From Sphaerodactylus townsendi (Eukaryota), in NCBI RefSeq assembly GCF_021028975.2, contig NC_059427.1:45508001-45572000 (forward strand): DNA of 64,000 bases, read 5' to 3'. Below the pieces are notes generated by a model. It saw only the letters and a program-made list of their open reading frames with translations, was not told the origin of the DNA and did not search any database. Of the stretch, positions 36,097 to 48,340 are shown in pieces; within the stretch, counting starts at the first letter, position 1, and every line of letters begins with the position of its first letter. A program made the translations under genes and the position numbers.

Positions 36097-38029
36097 CTAC
36101 GAAAAGAGACAGTTATGAATCTACCAGGTACCCTGAGATGTTAATGTGTTCTGTTTAACACCAAAGATATTCAAAAATGTGCATTTATTTGCAGAATTGG
36201 AATCATTAATTTATTCTTATAATTCCCAAGGCTGCTATATAAACTAGCTGTGCAGAAATCCAAGTCACAGGTCCTGTCCCCCTCAGGCTTATAGTTCAGG
36301 TAAGACAAGGCACACAAGAGCAGGGAGTGGTGCGCAAACAACATGAACTGGGAGTGAATATCAAAAAAAGTGCCTTCAGAGCATCAGGCTATAATAAGAG
36401 TTGAAGACAGGTGATCTCTTGCATCTAGGCTGCAAAGTTTGCATTTTGCCTGAAGACTTGAAGGAAGAGAGGGAAAGAATGGGAAGGATATCTTGATGAG
36501 CATTTGCTTTCCCCTTCCTTTTGCAGTTCCCACACAGTTTGGGAACAGTCTACAGTTCTTGGGCAAGAGTCAAAGGGTTCTTTCTCTGCAGTTTGTAGGC
36601 ACTGTGTAGTTGGATGAATCGACTGTTAAATCCAGGACCAGTCCAAGACACTATTTGTTTGTTTGTTTGCTTGCTTGCTTTGGGTGACGGATTTATACTA
36701 TACTTTTTTGTAATTGTTAGGATTTTTGGGTTCCTTAAGTGAAAAAAGAGGTATATAAATATTTAAATAAATAAACATACATTAACTTTGTGGCAAAGAC
36801 CAAATTTCCTGTTATGCCTGTGCACTTTGGAAGACCTTCATAACCACAATAAAAAGCCTGAAAGCTCACACAAAAGGCTATAGTTGGATATTCAGTAGCA
36901 GCAGCTTTGGAATAGGATTTCACTGAAGTTCTAACATTCTCATCTGATTCAGTTCAACTCCATTCAAATTTAAGAACTAGCTCCCAAAACTTTAATTATT
37001 CATTCATTAATCAACCAAAGATGGTCCTTTCTCATATGCTGATAAATATGCTCAGCCATGTCTTAATCAAAGAAATGCCATCAGCTAAGTAATCTACATG
37101 TAGAATTAATTCCACAAATCTCAATGGAACATATCCCCATGCTAGTTTAAAATTATGTCCTTCATCAATAAATGGACTTTAGATGTAAGCTGTAATTCAA
37201 AACAAATTCCTATTAGCATAAATTCTTATCATAGCATAGAAGATGCCTCCATTAAAATTCTTTAGGTCTCTAATGATAGAGCAGTTTCTCATGCATAATA
37301 AGTGATTTCTAGTCCAATTCACCTTAGGGAAAATCTACATTTAATTGCTGTAACAGAAACCTAATTTCTTAGCTTTCCTGCCTCCCCCACCCACCCCTGT
37401 CAAAAAAAACCCCTACCAGTACAAACTCATGCTTTCCAAGATGCCTCTCTTCAGTATAATGTTCAATTTAACAAGATGAACCAAGAGCAGGGGAATGATT
37501 ATTCACAGCCTATTGGAATCAATTTTATGGTTTTTACTCAAACCCATAAGAAAATACAACCAAGTTACCAATGTACTGATAAACTGCCACTGTAAGAATG
37601 TGTGAGTCCCCATGTTCAACTTCTCAAGAACATGGATGTAGACTTGAAATAAAGGGCTGGAAACAGAGCTATTGCAAGTTCAGAATGAGTTAGGACAGAG
37701 GGGGGGGGGGGGTTGATCAAATTGAAAACAATCCAAAGATTTTGTACCAAAGAAACCCCTTGAAAAAAATCAAATATAATAAAGTGGTGAAGTACAATAA
37801 AGAGTGGCAGGGAAAGATGGCACTGATTTCTCGAAGAACAAGTGACTAGATCTAATTTGTGAGTTATGCTTTTAATCTATTTCTTTACATGTATAATGTT
37901 GCTGAGCTTTATACTGCTACAGATTCCCAACAGGCTATTCGTCTGCCAGGAGGAGAAAAGAGGTCATCAGGAACAAAAGAAAATCTAGGAACTACAATCA
38001 GCTGCACTCAGGACAACATTTATTTCAAA

Positions 38030-39050
38030 CTAGCGGGGCCTGGCCACGCGCTGCTGTGGCAATTGTCCTTCTCATCATAGTCTGCAACCCACACAGATGT
38101 CCATGCAGGTCCAATGATCCGCAGCATAGCCTTTTGGGGGGGTCAAATGGAATCGCTCTTTCCCTTTTCAATTCACATTGTTATATGGTGGTGTCTTGTT
38201 TTTTTAGTATAAGGTAACCCTTTCCATTCCACAACAGAACTGTCCAGAGTGCGAATCCCACTGTCCATGAGGCTGGCTGACATGCACAGTCCTGGCTTGG
38301 GTCAGGCAGAACTGGGGCAAGCAGGCTATCCCAGTCAGGTAACAGAGGCAGGGTGGTGAGGTGCTCAGATCGAGGCCAGCTCCCTGGGTTCGTAAGGGGC
38401 CATGTGCAAAAGAAGTGGAGCCAGTAGTGTTGGTTCGCCCCCACCCCGCGGATTTTCTTAGAAGAAAAAGGCAAACTCCAGCTCGCCTTTAGTAAAAGAG
38501 AGCTGTGGCGAATGTGGGTGAGGAAGTGGGTAAGTAGTGGTTGGATGTGAGGGAGGGCAGAGTAAGGTGTGTGAGGATGAGCTGGATGTGTATGAGAGTA
38601 TGTGTGTTGTGTGGTAGCAGTGGGTGAGGCATAGAGAGTGAAAGTTACCTGCGTGTGAGGGGGGAACCCCACCTGATGTCTCACATGGCAATGTGTGTAT
38701 GTGTTTCACTTCCACTTGTATTACCTAACAGTATAACCTATTTACTGTTTTCAATGCTCATCTCTGGCCATCTGCGTGAACATTCTAAGGGCATACCAAC
38801 CCCTTAGGCCATAGACATGCTGCACAAACATTCTAAGGGTGACAGTTAAACACAGCCAGCTTCATGGCCTGGTGCGCCAGGAAAAAGATGTTTTACCTGG
38901 CTCAGGTATGGACTTTCGGCGATTTGAAGGTCCGATTACCTGCCCGCAACAGGGAGGAACGTCATGTGAAAAATTGGAGGTGATCCGTCCAGCCGTTTCG
39001 GCGTTAGGGCAGGACTAACAAAGTCACTGTTAGCTTTTAATATATATAGA
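38030..39050 (-). mobile_element. Complete non-autonomous Helitron (1021 bp)
   Basis: Minus strand: 5' A|TCTATATATATTAAAAG ... 3' hairpin GCCACAGCAGCGCGTGGC, then CAGGCCCCG-CTAG|T; inserted between A and T with no TSD. Confidence 0.88.
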
Positions 39051-39339
39051 TAGTATGCACTGATACGCCTGATGGGACGTTGTGACTGGTCAATACCCAG
39101 AGAAGTGTTACGCAGGAAGGGACAGCGAAAGGCAGTCTCCTCTATCACATCAGAGGTTAATTCTAGCCTACCTTAGGAAACTAGGAAACAGCACAGAGGA
39201 AAAGATCTGTACATAATATTTGGGACAGCTTAAAAACTAGATTAAAACAGTTAAGTCTACTGACATTGTGATTTTGTATAATATGACAGTCAAACTAGAT
39301 GCAACAGAGATCATAAACCACCCAGCATCTGTTATGTCC

Positions 39340-39531
39340 TTTTTATTTACCTATATATTGTTTTACATGCTTTCCTCCGAAAAGAGTCCCCAAAACAGCA
39401 AAGCCATTCCCACCCTCTTCAATGTCTGGCCTAAAGTCACCTAGGATGTTTCTATGGCACAGTAGGGATTTGAAACTGGCTGAGTTTCCCAGATCTTAAT
39501 CAAACATTTGAACCACCAGATCACACTGGCT
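39340..39531 (-). mobile_element. Old Squam3/MIR-type SINE remnant
   Basis: Minus-strand tRNA-like head AGCCAGTGTGATCTGGTGGTTCAAA...GTTTCAAATCCC, core TAGGTGACTTTAGGCCAG and A-rich tail. Confidence 0.5.
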
Positions 39532-40776
39532 ACCTTGTTTTCGGTATGCAGTGCCTCCGTTCAGATTGGAGGCACACAAGGAGAAGAGGTTTAATTGTTC
39601 TGAGTTCTAGTGCTGACTACATTGTGCTCCCATTTGCTATGGAAGGAAAAAAGGCAGGGGACCATTGTGCTTTCACCTTAAAGGCTAACAAATTCTATGG
39701 GACACGGGTAAAAGCAGGCAGGGATTGAATCCCATCTTCCCTATCTGAATGGTCCCAGTCAAAAATTGTCATTGGACTTTAAAAGGACGATTGGGAAGCT
39801 ACAAATTTTAACAAGGAGATCTGTGGTCTTTTTGTCTAATCTGTTTTGACTTTGAGATTTCCATATCTTTGGGCCATGATGGATGGGCCCTGGAGCACTG
39901 CAGCCACTACTGCATGACAACAGAGAGGTTTGTCAAAGAGCTAATGACCTTTGCCAAAAAGAATGACCCAAAAGCAAGAGCAAATGATACAGCAGATCAA
40001 GATGTTTGGTGCACTGACAGAGCTCTATCAAGAAGCATAAAGGCCTTCTGCTGTGCCAGCCTCTCCCCTTGTTTGGGAATGTAATATTTACCTTTTACTC
40101 ACACAGGCATAGAAAGATGCTGCAGTATATCTTAAAATAAACAAGCTAACGAAAGGGGAGATGCTGAGTCAGGTCCCATGCAGCAGGAAAAAAAAATCTT
40201 TCATTTTATGCTGCAGTAAAAAAAATGGATGCCATTGAATTATTCTTATCCTATTAGAGAAACACCATCAAAATATAAAATTACATTACAAAGGGATGAT
40301 CAGGAAAGGTTAAGAAGTTGTGCTGACATATGAATAAAACATAGGAAGAAAAATTTTATTGCTGCCTTAGCAATAGCCAGGAATAGCTAGGGAACTGAAC
40401 AATCTATGAAGATATCCAGAAAGAAAGGGAGGTACTGGACTCCACATACAAGGTTCTTTTCATTTGGCAACTAAACACTCATTTTATTAGCTTGCAAACA
40501 CAGCTAACGGAGTCATCCAGAGGAGGTTTCTCAAATGTTTGAGCCTGGCCAATTCAAAAAGGCCAAGGTTAGGATTATCCCTGAAGAGACCTGCTTCAAC
40601 TAGGCCTTCAGGCTCAACAAGTTCCAAACACTAGATCCCACCTGAAGCAAAAAAAGTAGGTATTTGGGTAGTTTTCATGGCTGTGTGATCTCTACAAACC
40701 TGTAAGGGCTACAGGTTTTCATGTGAGAGTGTTCTGTTTGATAATACACATAAATGAAGGAAAAGGAATGTGAACG

Positions 40777-40830
40777 GCAGGGGGTTGGACTGGATGGCCC
40801 CTAAGGTCTCTTCCAACTCTATGATTTGAT
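40777..40830 (+). mobile_element. Extreme 3' end of a CR1 LINE
   Basis: GGCAGGGGGTTGGACTGGATGGCCCCTAAGGTCTCTTCCAACTCTATGATT is the characteristic CR1 terminal stem-loop and tail. Confidence 0.7.
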
Positions 40831-41281
40831 TGGCTCCGTCCACAGTCCCAGGCAGCCAGGTATAGTGCTACTGCTGCTCTACACTGCTGCCTCTAGAGGG
40901 CTTTCTGGTGGCACAGGGAGGCAGAAAATGCAAACTCCCCTGCAGTCGCTAAAAAGCCCTCTATAGGGTTAAATGGCGTGGCGTAAGTCCAAGGCCTGAC
41001 TACAATATAACTGCCTGTGAACTCAGGGAGAAAGCTGCCTAATGTCAGCTCTGCCCCCAGGAATGCCCCCTACCAGCATCCAACTGGACACCAGCAGCTG
41101 CCTTGAGTCTTCCAGAAAAAGGTGGGGTATAAATATAATGTAATAATAAACAAACAAACTTCTGGATGTTGCTGCCACTATTGAACATCATCGACAGCTC
41201 CCTTGAGCAAGACTTTTAGACTGTTTCCTACACATTATTACACCAAAGATTCCACCATCTGAGACATATAAAGGTTTATAA

Positions 41282-41434
41282 CAGGGGTGTCCAACCCTGA
41301 AATTCCTGTTGTTCATGGGCTATGATTCCCATTAGCCCCTGCCAGCTCCAGCTATGAGCTACGCAGCCAGCTGGCAGGGACTGACAGGAATTGTAGTCCA
41401 CGAACATCTGAAGGGCCAGGGTTGGACATCCCTG
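41282..41434. mobile_element. 153-bp diverged palindromic hAT-type MITE, related to the 148-bp family
   Basis: TIRs CAGGGGTGTCCAACCCTG and CAGGGTTGGACATCCCTG; exact 8-bp TSD GTTTATAA (41274-41281, 41435-41442); shares the GGAATTGTAGT motif. Confidence 0.85.
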
Positions 41435-41935
41435 GTTTATAATATAGTACTGAATGCCCAATATGATTATACTGTAATATGTCTAAATGCAAAAAGGCTA
41501 TGAAAAAGCAGTTCCAGAACATACATTTTCAGACAGTCCATCAATACTCAAATGTGTACATAGTTAGAAATCACAAATTCGTACTTAATAGCATATTCTA
41601 GCAAAACTGCCAGATCCTTTAGTAAAATCTATATGTACATGCCGCTGAATAGAAAACTAAACTACAGCATTAAGTTCAAAATCTGGACATAGTGAAAGTA
41701 CATGCATGCACTTGAAAGGTCATGGAAGATTAGAGATGTATGCTTTCAAAAAAATTAGAGCCAATGCAAAACATTAGCTAAGAAACTGAATATTTGTGCT
41801 CATGGTCCTTTAGCTACAGCAAACCACGATCCTTTATTTTGATGAGGAAATGCATAAAATGAAGCCACCAATGACCACATTTACCATGCACATTTGCCTT
41901 TTCAATGGTAGGCAATCCTTCACCTGGAAAGACCA

Positions 41936-42121
41936 GGCTAGCCTGTACCTTGTCAAATCTCAGAAGCTAAGCAGGGTCATCCCTGGTCAGTATTTGGATG
42001 GGAGACAAGCAATGGATACCAGGGTCACTATGAAGGCAGTCAATAGCAAATCACCTTTGAATGCCTCTTGCCTTGAAAACCCTATTTGGTTGCCATAAAT
42101 CGGCTGCAACTTTTTGGCAAA
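41936..42121 (+). mobile_element. 5S rRNA-headed SINE with Sauria/RTE-type tail (5S-Sauria-like)
   Basis: 5S-derived TCTCAGAAGCTAAGCAGGGTC...CTGGTCAGTATTTGGATGGGAGAC (boxes A and C), then tail AATAGCAAATCACCTTTGAATGCCTCTTGCCTTGAAAACCCTA...GCCATAA. Confidence 0.75.
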
Positions 42122-44151
42122 AGGGGGAAGGTCAAAGGAAGAAATAGGTGGAAATGAAACCTAGGCATCAACGTTACCAGAGACACAAATGGCACTGGCT
42201 ACTGTTACAGTTTGGCCCTAAGTACACAAACAAAGAATGCAGGTCTAGGATTCTGAATGAGAAAGGAGTACCTGCCTACTTATCAGAGTAGTGAAGACCA
42301 GAGGCGACAAACAACAGAGGCAAGAGTCAGTATACAGTAGGGCAAAGTTGATCACTGGAGATCATCTCTAATACTTGCTCCAACCACATTTATTGCTGTG
42401 CTTCCTCCACGGATGAGCAACAACCTATAAGGGACTTGGTGCCATGCAACCCCTGCTACAAAAACCGTGGATTTGTTTGAAGCACGTGCTCCATTGTGCC
42501 ATCCACTGGGGATTGTAGACTAAAGTAATTTTGTTATAATTAATTTTTCATTAGCTACTATATCAACCATTTAGGGGGGGGGAACTATTTGAGTCTACGA
42601 AACAAAACAAAACAAAAATACTGGTCCTACACTGATTAATTAAAATTAGATGGTTGATGGGAAAGACAAAAAGAAGAAAATGTTTTGGTTCTTCAAATAT
42701 TTGGCAGAAGGCTGCCAAGAGTACATTTTCCAGTTTTCAGTTATCCTCTGATCTCATTATTTCTACAGCATGTTCATAGAAGCATTTTATGGCACATTTT
42801 TTTCTATTACTAACTCAAAGTGAAATATTAAAATTCAGATACTGCCACGAGCAATTCTATCTAAAGACGGCAGAGCTTCTTTACTGATGATTTGAAGAGA
42901 CATCCCTCAATTCAGATTTAAGTCACACCAAAAAGATGAGTTTATCTTACTGTGTGCTAAAAACAGCAGTAAGGAGGGGAGACCCATCTGGAAAGCACAG
43001 AGGAGCAGATCCTGTTCTCAGATATAGGCTCTGCTTCTTTGGCGGCACAGAGAAAATTTAATAGTCAAGCACAGCAGCTAAATTACAAGCTACGCAACAA
43101 CCTTAATTAACAGAATATCCCCTTTTGATTACTGATTTTACCTCTATAAATCCCAGAAATTTGGAATGAAAATTGAACCACAGTACTCAGCTGATGTCAC
43201 AAGAAGTCGCATTTCTCAGGCATGCAAGTCCCAGGCCACAGTGGTCTTCACGGGTAACAAGAGGTGAAGTGGAAGGGTCATGAACAAATGAAAGGCTAAC
43301 AAATTACCAGATTCACTGACATACACTCAAAGAAGCATCATCAAATGACAAACTGCTGACTAATGATGAATTTCTGCCAAAAAATATTCATCTTGTCACT
43401 AAAATGAACCCTCCTCACCAAAGAACTGGAAACTAGCAAATGTAACTCTAATTTCTGAAAAAGAGATCCAGTGGCAGCCCAAGAGTTTATGAATCAGTTC
43501 GCTTAATTAATTGGGGGAAGCTTGTGGAGACCATTGTTAAAATGTAACAGGTGAAGTTAAACAGAACCAAGTATGAGGTATCTACTACACATTCCAGAAG
43601 CCTTTTCTAGGAACTATCTAGTGAATTACTTCAGGTGAATGTGTAGAATAAGCTCCTAAAAACTAGCACCTCCCTCCTTAGGACCGTTCAGTCAATTCTG
43701 AGCTTCCATATTTTTGTTTTGGAAAACTAAGCACCCTTCCCACTCTTTCATTTTCATTTCATGGCGGGAATGGAACAGGAAATGTAGCATAGAGTCTTCC
43801 ATACAAATCCAAACTAAATATAACTCCATAACCTGGTAGTTCATATGATTCTGGTAGCCAGCTGCAGCAAAACTTAGGTGAAACAAACAATGGAACTGTC
43901 TATTCCTGGACTCTGCAACATTCCTCCAACCAGTGCAATAGATGATTAAATACATGGTTCAATGAGAACCTGGGAAGAACGAGGTTCAAATCCCTGATCA
44001 GCCATAAAGTCACCCTCTGAACAGGATGTTTTTTTGGAAGATAAAGTGGAATACTTCACACTGGGCTAGAACTTGGAAACTGCCACTGGTTCAGAATGTG
44101 GCAGCCTAATGGTTGGGTTGGAACCCTAACTTGGCAATTTCTACCAATTCC

Positions 44152-44579
44152 CTCTTCCTGCTGTAGACTCTCTCACACCATTTATCTGGATCTCCTGCTC
44201 CCAAGAAGCATCATTTTGTGGAAAACTGTAGACTGCAGAGGATGGGAGTGGGGGATACTGAAACATACCATTCTGTTGATGGAAAACATAGTCTGCTTCC
44301 AATCTGCTGTTAGGGTCAAGACAATGGCAATGCATTGCACCTATTTTAGAACAACTTCCCATTGGCAGAGCCCTCTCTTCCTGCTGTAGACTCTCTCACA
44401 CCATTTATCTGGATCTCCTGCTCCCAAGAAGCATCATTTTGTGGAAAACTGTAGACTGCAGAGGATGGGAGTGGGGGATACTGAAACATACCATTCTGTT
44501 GATGGAAAACATAGTCTGCTTCCAATCTGCTGTTAGGGTCAAGACAATGGCAATGCATTGCACCTATTTTAGAACAACT
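44152..44579. repeat. Recent tandem duplication, 223-bp period, 205-bp identical units
   Basis: 44152-44356 is identical to 44375-44579, with an imperfect junction between them. Confidence 0.93.
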
Positions 44580-44599
44580 ACATTGGCAGTCAGTTTGTT

Positions 44600-45330
44600 G
44601 GAATTCAGTTAAAGATGCTGGTTACAACCTTTAAAACCTTTGGTAGCCTAGGACCCATATATATCTAAAAGCAGGGGTAGGGAACCTGCGGCTCTCCAGA
44701 TGTTCAGGAACTACAATTCCCATCAGCCCCTGTCAGCATGGCCAATTGGCCATGCTGACAGGGGCTGATGGGAATTGTAGTTCCTGAACATCTGGAGAGC
44801 CGCAGGTTCCCTACCCCTGATCTAAAGGAACACCTCTTCCTATATGTCCCAGTGTACAGACTATGTCGACCTTCATGCTGTTATCCCTACTGGCCTGTAC
44901 TGTTCATTTAAGATATTTTACTTGGCATCAATCAGAGCCTGTAGTTTCCCAATCATAGCTCCCACTCCATGGAAAAGGCTGCCAGAAGGAGTGGTGCAGC
45001 CTCTGAAAATGTTGATGAGGGATGAGGAATCTTAAGCTTTTAAGCTCTGATTTATTATTCGCCACTGCATCAATTATCTGTGTTATTATAATTGGGTTGG
45101 AACCTAACTTGTCAATTTCTACCAGTTCCCTCTTCCTGCTGCAGACTCTCTCACACCATTTCTCTGGGTCTCCTGCTCCCAAGAAACATCATTATAATTG
45201 ATCAGCCAACGTTTTAATGTTAAATTATTATAATTGTATGGTGTTTTATAATGTGTGTCAGCTGCCCTGAGTCTGGTGTTAGTCAGGAAAGGGTGAGGTA
45301 ACAAATCTAATAAAATAGATATATAAATAA
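44600..45330 (+). mobile_element. Old L2 LINE 3' fragment interrupted by a MITE and by a copied local segment
   Basis: Removing the MITE gives MLVTTFKTFGSLGPIY...KEHLFLYVP (L2 ORF2 C-terminus); 3' end GCTGCCCTGAG...GAAAGGGTGAGGTAACAAATCTAATAAA. Confidence 0.6.
44672..44819. mobile_element. 148-bp perfectly palindromic hAT-type MITE, copy 2
   Basis: 74-bp arms are exact reverse complements about the centre GGCCAA|TTGGCC; TSD ATCTAAAG, with one extra A in the left copy. Confidence 0.93.
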
Positions 45331-48199
45331 ATTTATGAGATGCTGGAAGGCTGCAAGGTTCTGAGCATAAATACATTTTCCTAACACAAAATTTTCATGC
45401 ATCCAATAAAGTAAGCTTGGACTCATGAAAGCCTGTGCTGGAATAAAGTTCGTAGCCTGTAGGATGTCATCGGTCCCCTTTGTCATTGCTGTTTTAATTT
45501 CCTGACGGTGCATCAATACTACTCAAAGTCATGACTTGGACTTTCATTTCAGTGCACTGATACCAGAGACACACTTAATCAGGGCACAGGCCCACTGTTG
45601 AGAAGTCTGCCTCTGGCTTTTGCTAAAACTTGCTATTTGAAATGAATTCAATATATGGCCAGCCTTCCCATGGCAATACACACAAAGACATTTATTCAAT
45701 AGGCATGGCTAATCAGGGCAATGAGAAAAGGATGCCTCCTGACCTCCATGTTACACAGTGAATGTCCCGCAGCATTAAAATTGATTGCTTCTTTCTTCGT
45801 TTGCATAATGATAAATGTTATTGGTTGTAAAATTACCCACTCCCATTCCTTTTAAAAATCCAGCTTTTGTTAATTAAATGTAATTCATTTCTCAAAAGTT
45901 ACAACTATAACAACAAGGTACTTAAAACTTGTCTTCTGCAGGATCTTTGGAACTAGATTTTATTCTGTTCGTAGTGCTTCCTAGAATATTTTCCATTCAT
46001 CCACTGTTCTTTAGCAGTCTGCAACTGGCAAGTCAGGACTTTTGAGTAGGTTAAAGAACATCATTGGGTGGGACATGATTAACAATTTTTGCCAACTGCC
46101 TTTTGGAAGGTCCTACTGCAAGTGTGCACCTATAGAGAGCAAAGTACCAAGTGTTCTGGCTCTTTATACGCATATTGAGAGGAGCAACAAGACAATGTAA
46201 TTCAATGATAAACAGGATTCTTCGATGGTTCAATTTGTTTTTCCTTCCCCCAATGCTCTTGATCTGCTATCCATAATCCTAACATTGCTGAGTCCCAAAT
46301 TTTGTCCCCCAGTCCGGGCTTCTGTCAATGACTCCAGTGTCACATGATTTCTTGACAACTCAGACCAAGTTCTGGAAAGGGTAAAGACCACTGATCTAGG
46401 AAGGAATGATGACGGATTCAAGCTTCTTCCTTTGCTTCTGAAGCATTGATGGCAAGAGAGACATTAACTATCTCTTAAAGGGATCAGGAAAAGTCAAGGC
46501 TGCCTTTTCCTATCTAGGATGTAGCCAATGGGTTGGTCAAGTAAGGATACATCAGTAGCTATAATGAGAAAAGCTGTGGCAGTTTGTCATGCAACACACT
46601 AAAGAGTTTGATGTCAACAAGGCCAAGGGATCATTTTACACTGTGAAACCATCACTGCAATGCACAACGGTGCACACCCACACAGAATGAAGAGAACTGA
46701 TAAACATATCCAATGTTTCAGCTTTCCAAGAGGAAAATAAATCCTTTACAAGGTGCAAGCTTTGGCAAAATAAAATGTGCATAACTTGGCTTTACTATCA
46801 CATGAAGCTTCAGCAAATGCAAGCCATATGCATCTGTTTTATTTTTAAGTTTATTAGCATACCCTGAATATCAGCCACTTTTCTTATTGTTACGGTCTCC
46901 TTTTGAATGAAACAAGCCAGTCTATTTGAGCACATTGATTGCTGCAATTTCTTATGACAAAAAACCTCCAAGACAAAATGAGATGCATCCTCAGAGACCT
47001 GAAGTCATAAGGCCAGTGTTGACTTTGTGCACCCAATTAACTCTAAACTTTCAGAGCAGCGGGAGCTTTATTTCAGAATTAACCATTGATAATAACATGG
47101 AACGGGGTTCAGTGATTAGACAGTAATGGTCCGTTTGAAGAATTTATTATTGTTCATTAAGGTCACTGCCATGTTAGTTCTGAAAGCTGTTTATAAGGAT
47201 GTCTGGCTCTACAGGTCAAGGTAGCCAATACTATAATAGTTGTCAAAGAACAGTCTTCATTATGAACCTACCGGTAAATTTACCTTTTGTCCACTACAGA
47301 TACATTGCTATATACAGAAAGAAAGATGGATGTCCACCCTTTGAGTATTTTTAAAAAAGAAGGGAAAGAACACTTGATAATCTGTGTGCTTCTAAATGAG
47401 CCCAAAATATATAATATAAATCCCACACTCAACAACCACAGACATGAAACCGATTATTTATCTTCTTTGCTCTGAGCAATATTAACCTGTTTCATCAGCA
47501 TTTAACATAAAACTTGTGACAGATATCCTATGCAAGTGCATACATGATGAGTTGACAGCAGACTTACCACCACTCATCTTTCACTGCTATTTGTAAGGAG
47601 ATCTATGAGATCTCCCATGGGGGAATGACACAACAGATGAAGGAAAGGGACAGACAACAGGGGAACAAAAGTCAAGCCTTACTGGTTTCCCATTACACTG
47701 AAAGATTTAGCCATCTTTGTTCAAGGGAGCAGATAACAATGCATACCCTGTCACAATAACAGTCCTGACAGTATAAAAATCATGTGAGGAGATGTGAAGA
47801 AAAGAAGACAGAACCTTTGATTTCAAATAATTTAGTTAAATTTGGGGGAGGGCAGTATAAAAGTGCAATAATAAACAAACAAACAAACAAACTGGAATGA
47901 TTATTATAGATTGGATTATTTAGATAACATAAAAATACATGTTTGCTTAGTGATTCTGAAGGATAGGCCATTGTTAAAAATAAGATCTAATAAAGAAAAC
48001 TTACTTTTGGGGTGATTTTTTTTGCTTCTTTTGAGATGTAAAATTATTTACATACTAATAAAACTTAATTTAAAAAAAGAAAGAAAATACAGCATTTGCT
48101 GGGTAAACTTGGCCCAATAACTCTCCCTCAACTTGACCTAATTTACATCAACAGAATTTATTAAATAATAGGCTTTAATTTTGTTTCCCTCAAGTTTAA

Positions 48200-48340
48200 G
48201 GCCCTTTCCGCACATGCAAAATAATGCATTTTCAAACCACTTTCACAACTGTTTGCAAGTTGATTTTGCCATTCCGCACAGCTTCAAAGAGCACCAAAAG
48301 CAGTTTGAAAGGGCATTATTCTGCATGTGCGGAATGAGCC
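48200..48340. mobile_element. 141-bp PIF/Harbinger (Tourist-like) MITE
   Basis: ~38-bp imperfect TIRs GGC..TTCCGCACATGCA.AATAATGC..TTTCAAAC; 3-bp TSD TAA (48197-48199, 48341-48343). Confidence 0.85.

Noticed and set aside
38179-39149. Solo LTR suggested by TGTTATA...TATCACA ends, and the 167-aa ORF 38181-38684
   Set aside because: No TSD; Helitron termini at 38030 and 39050 explain the region better. The ORF is a low-complexity His/Thr/Pro reading of the skewed interior.
41941-42025. Functional 5S rRNA gene
   Set aside because: The 5' part is missing, it has many substitutions, and it runs into a SINE tail.
42360-42400. Candidate for the missing upstream SRGAP3 exon (SKY-like codons); also an NDY-like hit near 49310
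   Set aside because: Matches are only 3 codons long, followed by in-frame stops, with no suitable splice sites.
44141-44558. Two ORFs with identical peptides (MHCHCLDPNSRLEADY...) suggesting a duplicated small gene
   Set aside because: A by-product of the 223-bp tandem duplication of intronic DNA, with no coding or splice evidence.
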